From Neophaeotheca triangularis (Eukaryota): a DNA stretch of 64,000 nt. Made by a program: the position numbers and the translations under genes. This document shows, one piece after another, positions 23,706 to 34,501 of the stretch. Under the pieces are notes generated by a model. That model worked only from the letters and a program-made list of their open reading frames with translations, was not told the origin of the DNA and did no database searches. Positions within the stretch are counted from its first letter, which is position 1; the number at the start of each line of letters is the position of its first letter. The DNA lies in NCBI GenBank assembly GCA_054600435.1, contig BAAIJX010000026.1, positions 1 to 64,000 of the forward strand, read 5' to 3'.

Positions 23706-23744
23706 GGGAAAGAAATCCGTCGCTGGGTATGCTTGGGTGACCGT
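23706..23744 (-). repeat. Right terminal inverted repeat
   Basis: Exact reverse complement of 18131-18169. Confidence 0.97.
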
Positions 23745-24527
23745 CCTTAGCTACTGCAACACAACTGCGACGGTCAGCGCGCACCGCCAGAGGCGCACCG
23801 CCTGAGAGAATACTTGTTCCCTGCCCTGACAAAATATTGAATATCTGCTGAGAAAACCTTGGTATTCCGACTTTTCCTTGAGGCTTGCAGATCGACACTG
23901 CCCGAGCGTATACATACATACACTACGCAGTGAGCACCTCCAGACCCTCCGCTGCCAGCTAGTCATCTGCGTCTGGAGGTCCTGCGCAGGGGAAGACCCA
24001 ACGGGAGCTTTTAGCTGGCGATGGATCGCCGCAAACCGCCGCTTAGTTTGCCAAAGGGTACCGCCAGAAAGGGTGCCTTGTGAACTCGCCATGAAACAGG
24101 TACACCACTAGGATCCGTCACCTCCAGGAACCGTTGCCTCGATGTATCTGTCTGTAATGTAGAGCACATGGTGTCAAGTGTTTTCATTCCCACTCCCTAT
24201 GCACCGACAGGCACCGCCAGAAACGTCAGCGTGCGGTGCGAACTTTGTCCATTGCGTATTCGCGTGGCCAAACATTACCCTTCTGACCTTGCTGTATTCG
24301 ACCGCCAGTGCCTCTGGCACCTCCAGAGTCTCCAGCGAGCCCAGCCTGGTAAACCCTTCTTTCACGATGCACAGTATACTTAAGTGTACGACCTCCTTCC
24401 CTCCGCTTGATATTCTTTCAATTGTATTCCTCAACTGTCTTTTAGAACTGTCCACTACAGCGCAACGATTTCTGCCTTCTTGAATACGCTTCCAATCATT
24501 CAAAGGCCACTAGAATCCACCTTGAGC

Positions 24528-24909
24528 ATGTCGCCAATCCAACCCAACAGCACCGCGATCGTTGAGCAAAGCACCTACACCACGGACTTGTCAACGGTCT
24601 CCGCGTCCTCCTCATCGGTCGCAAGGAACACCTCCGCCCTCGACCCAGAGATGACCTACGAAATCGTCTTCGGTATTTTGGCTATCGTGCTCGCCATTGC
24701 TACCCTGATTATCGCTGTCATCCACTTCCGAAAATCTACCCGCAAGCAAGACGGAAGCCAAAACATAGCATTCTACGAGCTCGAAAGTATGACATACAGT
24801 AGGTGTTACTGCTCCAAGTCCGTGAGGTTCGTAAGAGCTGACTCTTTCCACAGTTCGGCAATACCGCAGGAGTTCATCGATGCCCAGAGCACCAGAGCTG
24901 TTACATTGA
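24528..24909 (+). CDS. Small single-pass membrane protein; probable intron 24787-24853
   Basis: S/T-rich N-terminus, TM segment IVFGILAIVLAIATLIIAVIHF followed by RKSTRK; GTATGA..GCTGAC..CAG intron. Confidence 0.55.
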
Positions 24910-26290
24910 AGGACAAGATGTACTAGAAGCTATGGGTCGGTGCTTTGGTTCAGCTTGAGTTGGCGCCCTGGAGTTTGGATAGAACGCGGTGGGTTCGACT
25001 GAGAGAAGGGTTGGTGGGCGTGGTGGTTTCGGTTGCATACCAGGCATAGTGGAGTCTTCCGGCTATCGTTGCTATCGTGCGCTGCACAGCGCGTGTCTTG
25101 TTCGAGTGTGGGTGGCAGTCGAGGAGACGGTGGTTGTGTCTGTAGCTATATTTGATTCAATACTCACCGCGCGCGCCTGGTCGCTGCGCATACATCTTAT
25201 CGCCTTTCTGTGTCGGTCCGCGTAGGCGCAGTGTGAGGTGGTGCTTCGCTAGCTGCTTACGGGCACAGCCGTGAACGGTGGAATAGCGACTGCTTGTTGC
25301 TTTGTTGTTTGTGCCGGCTCGTGTAGGCGCAAAGCGAGATGCCGCTTGCGCAGTCTGTGAGCGATGACACTACGCCGCGTCCAGCGTGACTTCGCGCTGG
25401 AAGTGAAACTGGCGCCATGAGATGCGGCCTGCCCGAGTCCAGCGTTACGTCGGACCTAAGTGAAGAAACAACCACCTCCAAAAGAATCTCTTCTCCAACC
25501 CCAGGCCACCACAGCAAGCCCAGTGAATTGATGAAAAGCGCTGATCCATACAGCTTCGGAGTAGGTTGCCAAAAATTCCTTGCCGAACCGAAGTCCAACA
25601 TGGGGGTCGTTGATTAGTTTTCAACTAGCAATAAACTGAGCTCGAACGAATTCTCACTGCTACAGTTAATGCCCTTGCACTCGGATGGGAAAGAAAAGAA
25701 AGGAAGAGAAAGCGGAAGAGGGAGGCAGCTCAATGTTATAGTCGCGAATTGGCGGGACCGGGAGCGGGACGCTTAGTCAGCGATGCTTTGACTCATACGT
25801 GGGTGCCTGAGGTTTGAGACTTGGCTTTGGTCAAAGGAGAGAGGAGGGGAAGAAGGAAGTGAGGTAGGCTGTAGGGTAGCAACAGCGCATACTGGGTATC
25901 GACAATCTATATAGTACATTTGTGCAGGCTTCTCACGACATCCAAACTGGTATCAAGCGCACGCGTACCCGCGTTGGAGACCCCAGTGCTTTGCCCGTAG
26001 CGTCAAGCGTGGCCATGTACTGCGTCCAGAGCCGGCTTAGACCATGTATTCGCTCCTTGCTCTCGAAGCCACTGTGGTGATTCGCGCCGATTAAGAACCT
26101 CCATAATCGTCAAAGACGACGTGAGCTTCGTTCATGGGCCGTTCCCATCCACTGGCCTCAGTGTATTTGAATCGGCTTCTTGCTCGCCGACTGAACATTT
26201 CCACCATACTGACAGTCGTCGTGTCTCCAAACGAAACGCCCAAACAGCCTTCACAATGCCCATGACCCCTGGACAGATCTTGAGAACCAT

Positions 26291-28375
26291 TCACTCCATC
26301 GGCCCCTCCTCCCTCTTAACCGGATGCAAAAGCACGCCCCTAAGACACAACCTCCCACTCCCGGCCTCCTCCTCCCTCCTCCCACCCTCCCCCTTCTCAA
26401 CCTGCCCCAACCATCTCCTCCAAAGCCGACTCGCAAAGCCCGAATTATAATAAAAAGTACTGCCCAACAGATTATTCTCCCCCCAACCAAACGGACTCTG
26501 CACAATCTCCCTGGGCCAATTGAACTGCTGCTCCATATACCCCAACTCCCAATCGCGGTCGAAAAAGACTGGATGCGGCGCGTAGACGGCTTTGAGCCCG
26601 TGGTGCAGGGACACGGCCGCCGGCCACATTTCCGGGAACATGGTGTGTTTCTGTTTCCAGGTTTCGGCGTGCATAGTGTTGAGGAGGCGGCGGGAGAGGC
26701 GGGCGACGGTTATGATGGCGGCGCGGCGCGGTGGCGGTGGAAGTTGTCGATTGTAGCCGCTGATGTCGAGGCGGAAGACCCAGTTTGTTTTGCTCGGGTC
26801 GAAGAGCGGGTTGAAGGTGATCAGGTCTGCGTCTTCGCCTACGCCCCAGGTGTAGGTGTCTTCAGTGTATGAAGTTGGTGGGATGGTGTCGGGGGAGGGG
26901 GGCAGGGGGTCGCCGTTTTGGGCGAATTGATTGACGGGGCCCCAGACGGGGAGTGGACCGCTTTGCTCGGCGTTGTCGGTGTGCGCGGCATCGGCGGTTT
27001 CGCGCTCGACGGTTGCGGTGAAGTTTTCGTAGGAGCCGTGGTACTGGGGAAACCAGAAGCGGGAGCTGCGTTCCCACAGTCCTTTGCGGGGTTGCTTTTT
27101 CGCCCAGTTGGCAATTTGCGAGTGGAAGTCATAGTAGTGGCCGGTGTAGCGGAGGTCCATTTCCCAGTTCCAAATGAAGTCGTATTCAGGGTGTTGTTGG
27201 CTGAACCACTGCAACGCAAAGTGCGCGCTCCTGTAGACGCCGTGGATGTTACTACCAGCCATGTTGTGGAAGTTTTCGGGAAAAGGTCCAGGATAGTACA
27301 TCTCCATCTGCTGCTCCGACCAAAGCGTACTAATATTCCAAAACTCCCTTGGCACATGCTCCTGCAAAGTCTTGTCGTAAAGCTCCTGAGAAGCCCATAT
27401 CGGCAAACTGTTATCCTTGACATGCACCAAAAAGTGGACATCATACTCACCCCCCGATTTCAGCGCCAACTCATTAATCATAGCCCTCAACGACAGCATC
27501 TGCTGGCCGGTATACTTATAATCCAACCACGTCCTCAACACATAAGCCTGCCTTTTAACCCTCCCCTCGCCCTCAAACCTCCCCTTATTCTTCCTCCGAC
27601 ACCGCTCCTGCGCACTCCCCCAATCCACCTTGGTCCAATCCACCTCCTGCAATTTCTCCAAAACAGCCCCGCTGCCCTCACTCTCCGACTGACCCCCCAA
27701 CTCAAACCCCCCTAACTCCTCCTTCCCTCCATACCCATACGGCCCTAACCGTCCAAACCGCTCAAAACACATGCCCTCCTCGAGCCCCAATTCCCCATAA
27801 CCCCCATAGAACGGCTGCGGCATATACTGCGGCACGCCGGGATAAGCAAAAACATCAGGCGCCTTGACCCGCTCCTGCTCATCCAAAAAACACTCCCCAA
27901 CCCCCGCATCCTCGGGATAAGGATCGAACCTCGTCGGCTCGATCCGCGGCCCCTTCTTCAGTGCTTCCAAGTCCTCCGCGCTCAGCTCCGGCGGCACAGA
28001 CTGGTTATATCGATTCCCCGGCTCGTAGCGCTCAGAGCTCACCAGCGCTTTCAAACCGTTATAGTACCCCTTCAGCGGATGATAGTGCTCCCAGTAAAAA
28101 CCCGGTCCACCACCTCCCCCTCCATCTCCACCCTGGCTCTTCACACGCCTGTACCCTCCCCCACCCAGCAGCGCTAGAAGCACAAGCGCCGCTATTCCCA
28201 GAGCCAGCAATCGCGTCGCTGACCACCTTCCCACGCCCCATTGTCTGCGAGGGCCGGACGGAGTTGTGGAGCTGCTCGGGTTTGCGGTGGAAGTCTCGTT
28301 GGTGGGGAGGTTCTGGTAGCGAAAGGCGCGGTCGGGGAGGAGGCGGAGGGGGTTCAGGCGGGCGAGCGAGGTCAT
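26291..28375 (-). CDS. DUF3405-like type II membrane protein
   Basis: N-terminal TM; LRAMINELALKSGGEYDVHFLVHVKD, FIWNWEMDLRYTGHYY and HGLKAVYAPHPV motifs recognised from this fungal family. Confidence 0.85.
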   Translation of the reverse strand: MTSLARLNPLRLLPDRAFRYQNLPTNETSTANPSSSTTPSGPRRQWGVGRWSATRLLALGIAALVLLALLGGGGYRRVKSQGGDGGGGGGPGFYWEHYHPLKGYYNGLKALVSSERYEPGNRYNQSVPPELSAEDLEALKKGPRIEPTRFDPYPEDAGVGECFLDEQERVKAPDVFAYPGVPQYMPQPFYGGYGELGLEEGMCFERFGRLGPYGYGGKEELGGFELGGQSESEGSGAVLEKLQEVDWTKVDWGSAQERCRRKNKGRFEGEGRVKRQAYVLRTWLDYKYTGQQMLSLRAMINELALKSGGEYDVHFLVHVKDNSLPIWASQELYDKTLQEHVPREFWNISTLWSEQQMEMYYPGPFPENFHNMAGSNIHGVYRSAHFALQWFSQQHPEYDFIWNWEMDLRYTGHYYDFHSQIANWAKKQPRKGLWERSSRFWFPQYHGSYENFTATVERETADAAHTDNAEQSGPLPVWGPVNQFAQNGDPLPPSPDTIPPTSYTEDTYTWGVGEDADLITFNPLFDPSKTNWVFRLDISGYNRQLPPPPRRAAIITVARLSRRLLNTMHAETWKQKHTMFPEMWPAAVSLHHGLKAVYAPHPVFFDRDWELGYMEQQFNWPREIVQSPFGWGENNLLGSTFYYNSGFASRLWRRWLGQVEKGEGGRREEEAGSGRLCLRGVLLHPVKREEGPME

Positions 28376-29691
28376 TTCCGGGAGGGGCGCGTGGGGATCA
28401 TGCCCTGGGCGGCCGTGGGTGGGTGGGTTGCAGCCCACGATGCCGTAGTACCTACTTGGAGAGCTGGGAAAGCACCGTCAATGGTAAAAGGATTGTTCGT
28501 AATCTTCAGACCATGGAAGCCGATCTTGTCTCCTGAAAGTAAGCAACGATCGCAACTCCGTTTCGCGCTGGAAGCGAATGTCGAATCTTGGACTTGCTGC
28601 GACGAAGGGGCAGTGATGGAGCACTCGCGCGGCGCAGTTGGAGCGATCTGCAACGAGTCTGATTACAGCGAGGAATTTGGCGGGCGAAACCACTCGCGTA
28701 GATGAGAGTGGTGAGGTTTTGAGTGAGATTGATGAGGACGGGGTAGAGGTGTGTGTATGGAAGTAAAGTCTACCTATATAAGTATGTGTATGTACTATGT
28801 ATGTCCCGGCGAGTCTTGCTCGTCTGAAGCTTCCAATGCAGCCGCGGAGGGGGCGCCTGGAGAAGAGATCGCGGCTACCTAGTACTGGGGAATACTGTTG
28901 CATGGACAAGGTACCACGGCTAGTTATCCATAGATGACCTATCGAATACGAAGCATAGGGCCATCCACATCGACCTCTCGACTCAATGAGTGCAGGTGCT
29001 TTGAAGAAGAATATACATCCGTACTGTACGAACTGCGGCGGCATATTAATGAACCAAAACCTCCCAACCCCCACGGCTCAACTCTACAATTGCCACAACC
29101 GCAACAAACCAAGACACAAAGCAGTATGACGACCAAACTTGCTTTTCACAATCAATTACAACAATACGTAAGTCTAAGGTAGCACTCGACCGACCAGCAC
29201 AGAGCGCACGCGCAAAACCACGCTTCGCTCTCAATCAATCAATCGATCAATCACTCCAAGACACAGCACCCCGACAAAGGAACTCCCATACCATAACCCG
29301 CCATCGAGACGAGAAGCTCTGGAGGTCGCCGGCAAAAAGAAAAAGCTGCAAGTAGCGCAACCGTCTCGCCTCGGCTTGATGACCAACGCAAGTAGAAAAA
29401 GAAAGAAAAAACTCATTCGCTCATCGCCGTCGTTTTGAGCCATTCTTTCGCTCTCTCGTTGATGATTGGACCCCCAAAAAAACGCCGTGAATGCCATGCA
29501 TGCTGTGGAAAGCAGCAACACATCGTCTTGCCCGACCCTTACGTTCGTGCTTATTCAGAAGGGACAGTGGAGTGGTGATGAGTTGAGAAAATGTAAGAAC
29601 GCTGCCTCTAGTCCTTTGAGCGCCACGTAAGAAGATAGGGCGAGAAGCGCTGCTTGTTGCCACCAAGATTGTTGAGGAATGGCCTGCCCTT

Positions 29692-32059
29692 TTACTGCGC
29701 GGAAACGCCTTCCCTCAGGTTACTCGGCTCAGGCATCTTCTTGCCACGGCGACCCAACAGAGTCGCATTATCAAGCGACAGCTCGAAAGCGCCCTTGTTC
29801 TTGACCTGCCTCTTGGCCGCCGCAGCGACAGCGGGAGAGTGCTGGCCGTAGCCCTTTTGCTCCTGCTGGCGAGGAGCATTCGACTGCCTAGCCTGAGCCG
29901 CTGCCGAGATCCTCGTGTCGCGCATTTGCCTCTCTACGCCACCAACATCCGGGGCGCCAGACTTGGGAAGCTTCGCGGGCGGGTTCGCGGAGTTGGCGTC
30001 GTAGGGGGCCGAGGCGCCGTCTTCTTCGTCATCGTCCATGTCCTCGTCTACCGGATTCAGGCTGTTCATTGGGCCGCCACCGCGGAAGCCTTGCTTGAAG
30101 TTCTTACGGCGTTTACCCTCTTCCTCTTGACGGTGGACCGAGTAGCTGACGTCAAATACCTCGCGCAAGTTGACTGCACCGGGAGAGCGGAAGTCCATGC
30201 GGCGGCTGGCGCCAGGGGTCTCGTCCAGGTAGGCAAAGTCGGGCTTGAGTGGGGAGGGGCCCTTGTCGGAGCCGGTAGACTGCGCTTGTCGCTGGTAGAG
30301 TGGCGTCGCGAGCGGTGGCGCATCGGCGGCAGCGTTTGTTGGCTCGTCGCTCCCACGAATCCAGGGGTGGTTCAGGAATTGTGTGATGTCGTAACGCTTC
30401 TCCGGGTCGACTGTGAGGAGGTGAGAGACCAAATCTTGGGCCGACTTGGAGATGTCGTCCCACCACGGCGACAAGAAGGTATATTGACCACGCGCGACCT
30501 TCTCGGTAAGGACCTGGATGCTTTCGTCGTAAAACGGTGGGAAACCGCACAAAAGAGTGTACAGCACGCAACCCAGCGCCCACATGTCAACACTCTTGGA
30601 GTAACGCTCATCCTTGACAATTTCAGGGGCGGTGTAACCGACAGTACCGCAAGGGGTCATGGTCTGGTTGTCCCAGATGACCTTGGACAAACCAAAGTCG
30701 GCAATCTTGATTACACCAATGCCACCAGAGCCTTGACCCTTGATGAACTCGCCCTCGTCGGCCTTGTCCTCGTCCTCTGGCCCCTTAGGCTTGGGGTTCT
30801 TGGTCGGGATAAACGGAATCGGGTAGAAAAGCAAGTTTTCGGGCTTGATGTCACTGCTTCGGGTTAGTAACGATAAAAATTTGCCATTGGATGTATGTCT
30901 CGAATCTTACCGATGCACCACACCCGCCTCTTCGTGCAGGTACAGCAACGCCTCGGCCACTTGAGTGATGACATGTCGTGATAGGTCCTCGCTGAAGTAG
31001 GTCAAACGGACAATCTGGTGGAAAAGCTCGCCGCCGGGGCACAGCTCGAGGACAATGTAGTAGTATTGTCTAGATTCGGAAAAGTCGACGAGCTTCGTTA
31101 TGTTGGGGTGGTCGAGTTGTCGCATGATTTGTACTTCTTTGAGGATGTTGGCTCGCTAGAATACCGTATTGTCAGTTATTATTACTTACTCCCTGCAAGC
31201 CCATCTGTAGACGGCATAGCACTGGTGATGAAAGATACTGCGCACCTCCACTGTCTTCGGTGCCTTTTTCTCAAAGTCCGGATGCATTACGCCCTAAACG
31301 CCGCTGGTTGGCAAGGCTTCCGGTATACTTTCCATCGCAGGGGGGGGGGGGGGGGGAGCGTGATGGCTAGGGCAGTGCTATGCCGCCCACAGCACAAAAT
31401 GCAGGCAAGGAATGCGATGTCGGGTTCAAGCATACCTGTGTGGAATTCATTTCAAACTTTCGCACGACCTTGATGGCAACCTGCTCGTATTGGCCGTTGT
31501 TGTCTTTGGCGCGGTAGACGTTACTGAAGGCACCGTCACCCATCTTCTCCTGGAGTGTCCATCGCTCGAGACCCGGGTACTTGGGCAGCTTGCCCTTGCT
31601 CTCACGCTCTTCAGCTACTATCCGTTCCAGCACTGAGTTATCATAGTCCTTGTCCTTTTGCGACTTTTGTGCCTTCTTCTGATCCCTATCGACAGCCTCT
31701 GCTGCAGCGTTGCCGGCTCTGGCAGCTACGTTCCTGTTGTCGACGGCGGCGGCGGAAAAGTCACCCTTTGGCTGGTGTTGAGCACCCTCTTGGAGCGGCT
31801 TGTGTTCGTAAACATTGGGATCGCTCATGGCATGCTGGTCATGTTGTCGTTGTGCTTGGCCAGCACTCCGGCTGGCGCTTTGTGGTTGGTGTTGAGCGTG
31901 AACGTTGGAGACATGCGTGGTCGCTTGGTCAGGCGGCGATTTCGAGTCTCGCGCTTGTTTGCCATGACGGATGAAATTCTTGAGGTTCTGCTCAAATGTG
32001 TAAGTAGTCTGTTCGCGCTGATTGATATGGCTCTCGTCGCTGACCTGAATCGTCGACAT
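29692..32059 (-). CDS. srk1: MAPK-activated CAMK-family kinase Srk1/Rck2; exons 32059-32045, 31987-31436, 31293-31246, 31155-30911, 30853-29692
   Basis: KMGDGAFSNVYRA, VAIKVVRK, HRDIKPEN, DEGEF..G.GSGGIGVIKIADFGLSK and TPCGTVGYTAPE; all junctions are GT-AG and in frame. Confidence 0.93.
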
Positions 32060-32597
32060 TGTGAGAGATGTGTACTAGCGTGCTGACGACTAGCAAGCGG
32101 TGCAGGGGGGGGAAGGGCAAGCAGGAGACAGTTGGGCAGTGTGTGTTGCTGTTGTTTTGCCGGTCGGGGGAGGAGTGTTGGAAAGGAAAAGACAGGGTAT
32201 CTCGCTGGAAATCGAAAGGGGCGATGTGTGCGCGTCAAAGGTGAAGGGATGACGAGGTGAGGTGAAAGATTGGCAAGGATGTGTGTGGGTGGGTGTGGAG
32301 GAGTGTATAGAGAGGTAGGGTGAGGTAGGTGTGTGTAGGTAAGGTAAGGTATTGAGGAAAGTGTGGACGTCTGCGAGCCTGCGGGATGATGCGCAACTCG
32401 GCGGCATGACGTAGGTCGTTTGACAAAGGCGCCAACGCCAATCATGACGCCGGTAGGTAGGTAAGGTAAGGTAGGTACCTACCTAACCTACTTGGTAGGC
32501 AGGTACCTTGAGATGATGGAGGTGCTTTATTTCTTTCCCCCCTGCTGCCTTGCCTCGCCTTGCGCTGCCTGCTGCTCGCGTTATGGAATGGGGAATG

Positions 32598-32610
32598 AAG
32601 ATGACGATGC

Positions 32611-32646
<36 letters not shown>

Positions 32647-32654
32647 CGATGATG
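32598..32654. repeat. (GAT)n microsatellite
   Basis: Direct reading. Confidence 0.9.
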
Positions 32655-34501
32655 GTGCTGTTGACAGGTTGCTACTAACCTCAATATGCCAAGGCATGTC
32701 TGTCGTCGGGGCTGGTGGACCGCTTGCTCCGCTACAGTAGTAAGTAGTATCTCCCCAGGTTCGTCGTCTCTGGCGTGCAGGGAAGTAATCGGCGGCGGTG
32801 GTTGGATGGCGGGGTCGCTAAGGCAGATCCTTACTCACGGTAGGATGAGGTGAAGTGAGGTGAGGGTGACGAGGTGGTCGGTGTCAAAACAGTATACTAG
32901 GTATTTGCCGAGGAGGGATGGTTTATGTTTGGAGTGAGGTGGGGATGTACGAGTAGCTGTTTCTACACGTGAGATAGGTGAAGTGACGTTGGCGTGGCAG
33001 ACGAGAGGAGGTGGTAGAGGGCCCGGGGGGTGGTAGTTGTTATCAAAGTTAAACTAGTACTGGCGAAGAATGAGGTGATGATAGAAGAATCGTGCCCTAC
33101 CATGCCATGCCATGCCATCTAAGCGTGCCGTGCCCGTTTTTCGAGACTTTCATTGTTACATGGCTTGACTCCTCGAGTACTTGGACGGGGGATGGGCCGG
33201 GTCAGCGACAGGAATACTAGTGAATGCTAGTTACCGCTGTACCAACTTGGCCCAGTTTACCGCGTCGACAACCACCACTACTCCACGAGTTCATTATTAT
33301 TGCCCATCGTTCTCTATAGCGCAACTGAAGCTACTATCTTAGCAGTTAACAACACTCGTCGCTCACTGGCGATGATGAGGGCCGAGTCAGGTCGGTGCAC
33401 GACGTGCTTCCCGAGGTGCCGCCACAGTTCATCACACCTCAACTCAATTGGGCAAAAGCCGGCGATTTCAAGGTTAAGATATGGATTATCATTATGATTA
33501 GACGGGACGCTGGACGCCCGTCAGACATGGATGTCATAGCGGAGCCTCCAGCTTAACAAAAATCTCGCTGGAATGGAAGGGCAACTTGAAAATCTAGCGC
33601 GGACGCATCTGGCATCTGAATCCTGATAGCCCGAGTGCTCACCTCAGAACCAGGGTGGGCACAACGTCCACGACACTTCCCACTTGGCAAACGCACTTAT
33701 AAAGTCATGTCAATACAAGGAACGCGCAACCCATACAACAATCTAACCGGTCTACAACATCACATCGAGCTCGTCTCTGCCAAAACGCGACATGACGATA
33801 GCTTGCAATGTCCTGACCAGGCCTGGCTAATAAAAAAAAAAAAAGCGACGACCCACAGCCCCGTCCAAAGCCCTGCGTCAGCCCGCATGAGTCTTGCATG
33901 ATTAGCGCATCCATGGATCCCAAGCTACAGGCGGGCAGCGGGATGACGGAACTTCACTTGCTCGCACGGTCCTCGGCCCTAAACATCCGCTTTCGGATTT
34001 GCTTGGCCCTCTGCCATTCTGCTGTATCGCGAGTCAAGGACTCAAGGAGACCTACCCAGGTGGTAGGGTGTCGCTGTTTGTTGGCAGTTACGACATGACG
34101 AGCGTAAAAGATCTGCTGGTGCTCGAGACTCATGGATGTGGGCACCACTAGGCACTGAGTCCAGGCCAGGCAGGATGAGGCGGCCTCGATGGCTACTTCC
34201 CGGGGTCCTCGCTGATCAGGGGTTCTGAGAAAGGAGAGCGGGCATTTCGAGAAGTGAAGATGCGATGAAAGGTATGAGGGCCAAATAGGATGAGGTAGCA
34301 AATGAAAGGCATGCCGCACACAAGAGTGCAATGCGAGACTTCCAATCACCATCGGAATCATGAACCCCCGGAACCCCAACCCATACGAGCCAAAGAGGAC
34401 CCCGCAACCACTTTCAACACCCTACCACCTACAACAATGAGTGACAGTATCCAAAAAGCAGCAAAGAAGGCCCCGAAAAGCCGTGAGTAGGGAGCTCGCC
34501 G

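Larger units (their letters stand above)
18131..23744. mobile_element. Complete RIP-inactivated TIR DNA transposon, IS3EU-like integrase-core type, 5614 bp
   Basis: Perfect 39-bp TIRs at 18131-18169 and 23706-23744. CCTTAG directly flanks both ends (18125-18130, 23745-23750). The interior is TpA-rich and CpA/TpG-poor and contains a decayed DDE transposase. Confidence 0.92.

Noticed and set aside
23751..24503. Short ORFs right of the transposon as an interrupted host gene
   Set aside because: Joining the two flanks at the empty site did not give a convincing continuous ORF or recognisable motif.
32442..32740. Poly-His/poly-Asp ORFs (also 48320-48673)
   Set aside because: Translations of trinucleotide microsatellites.
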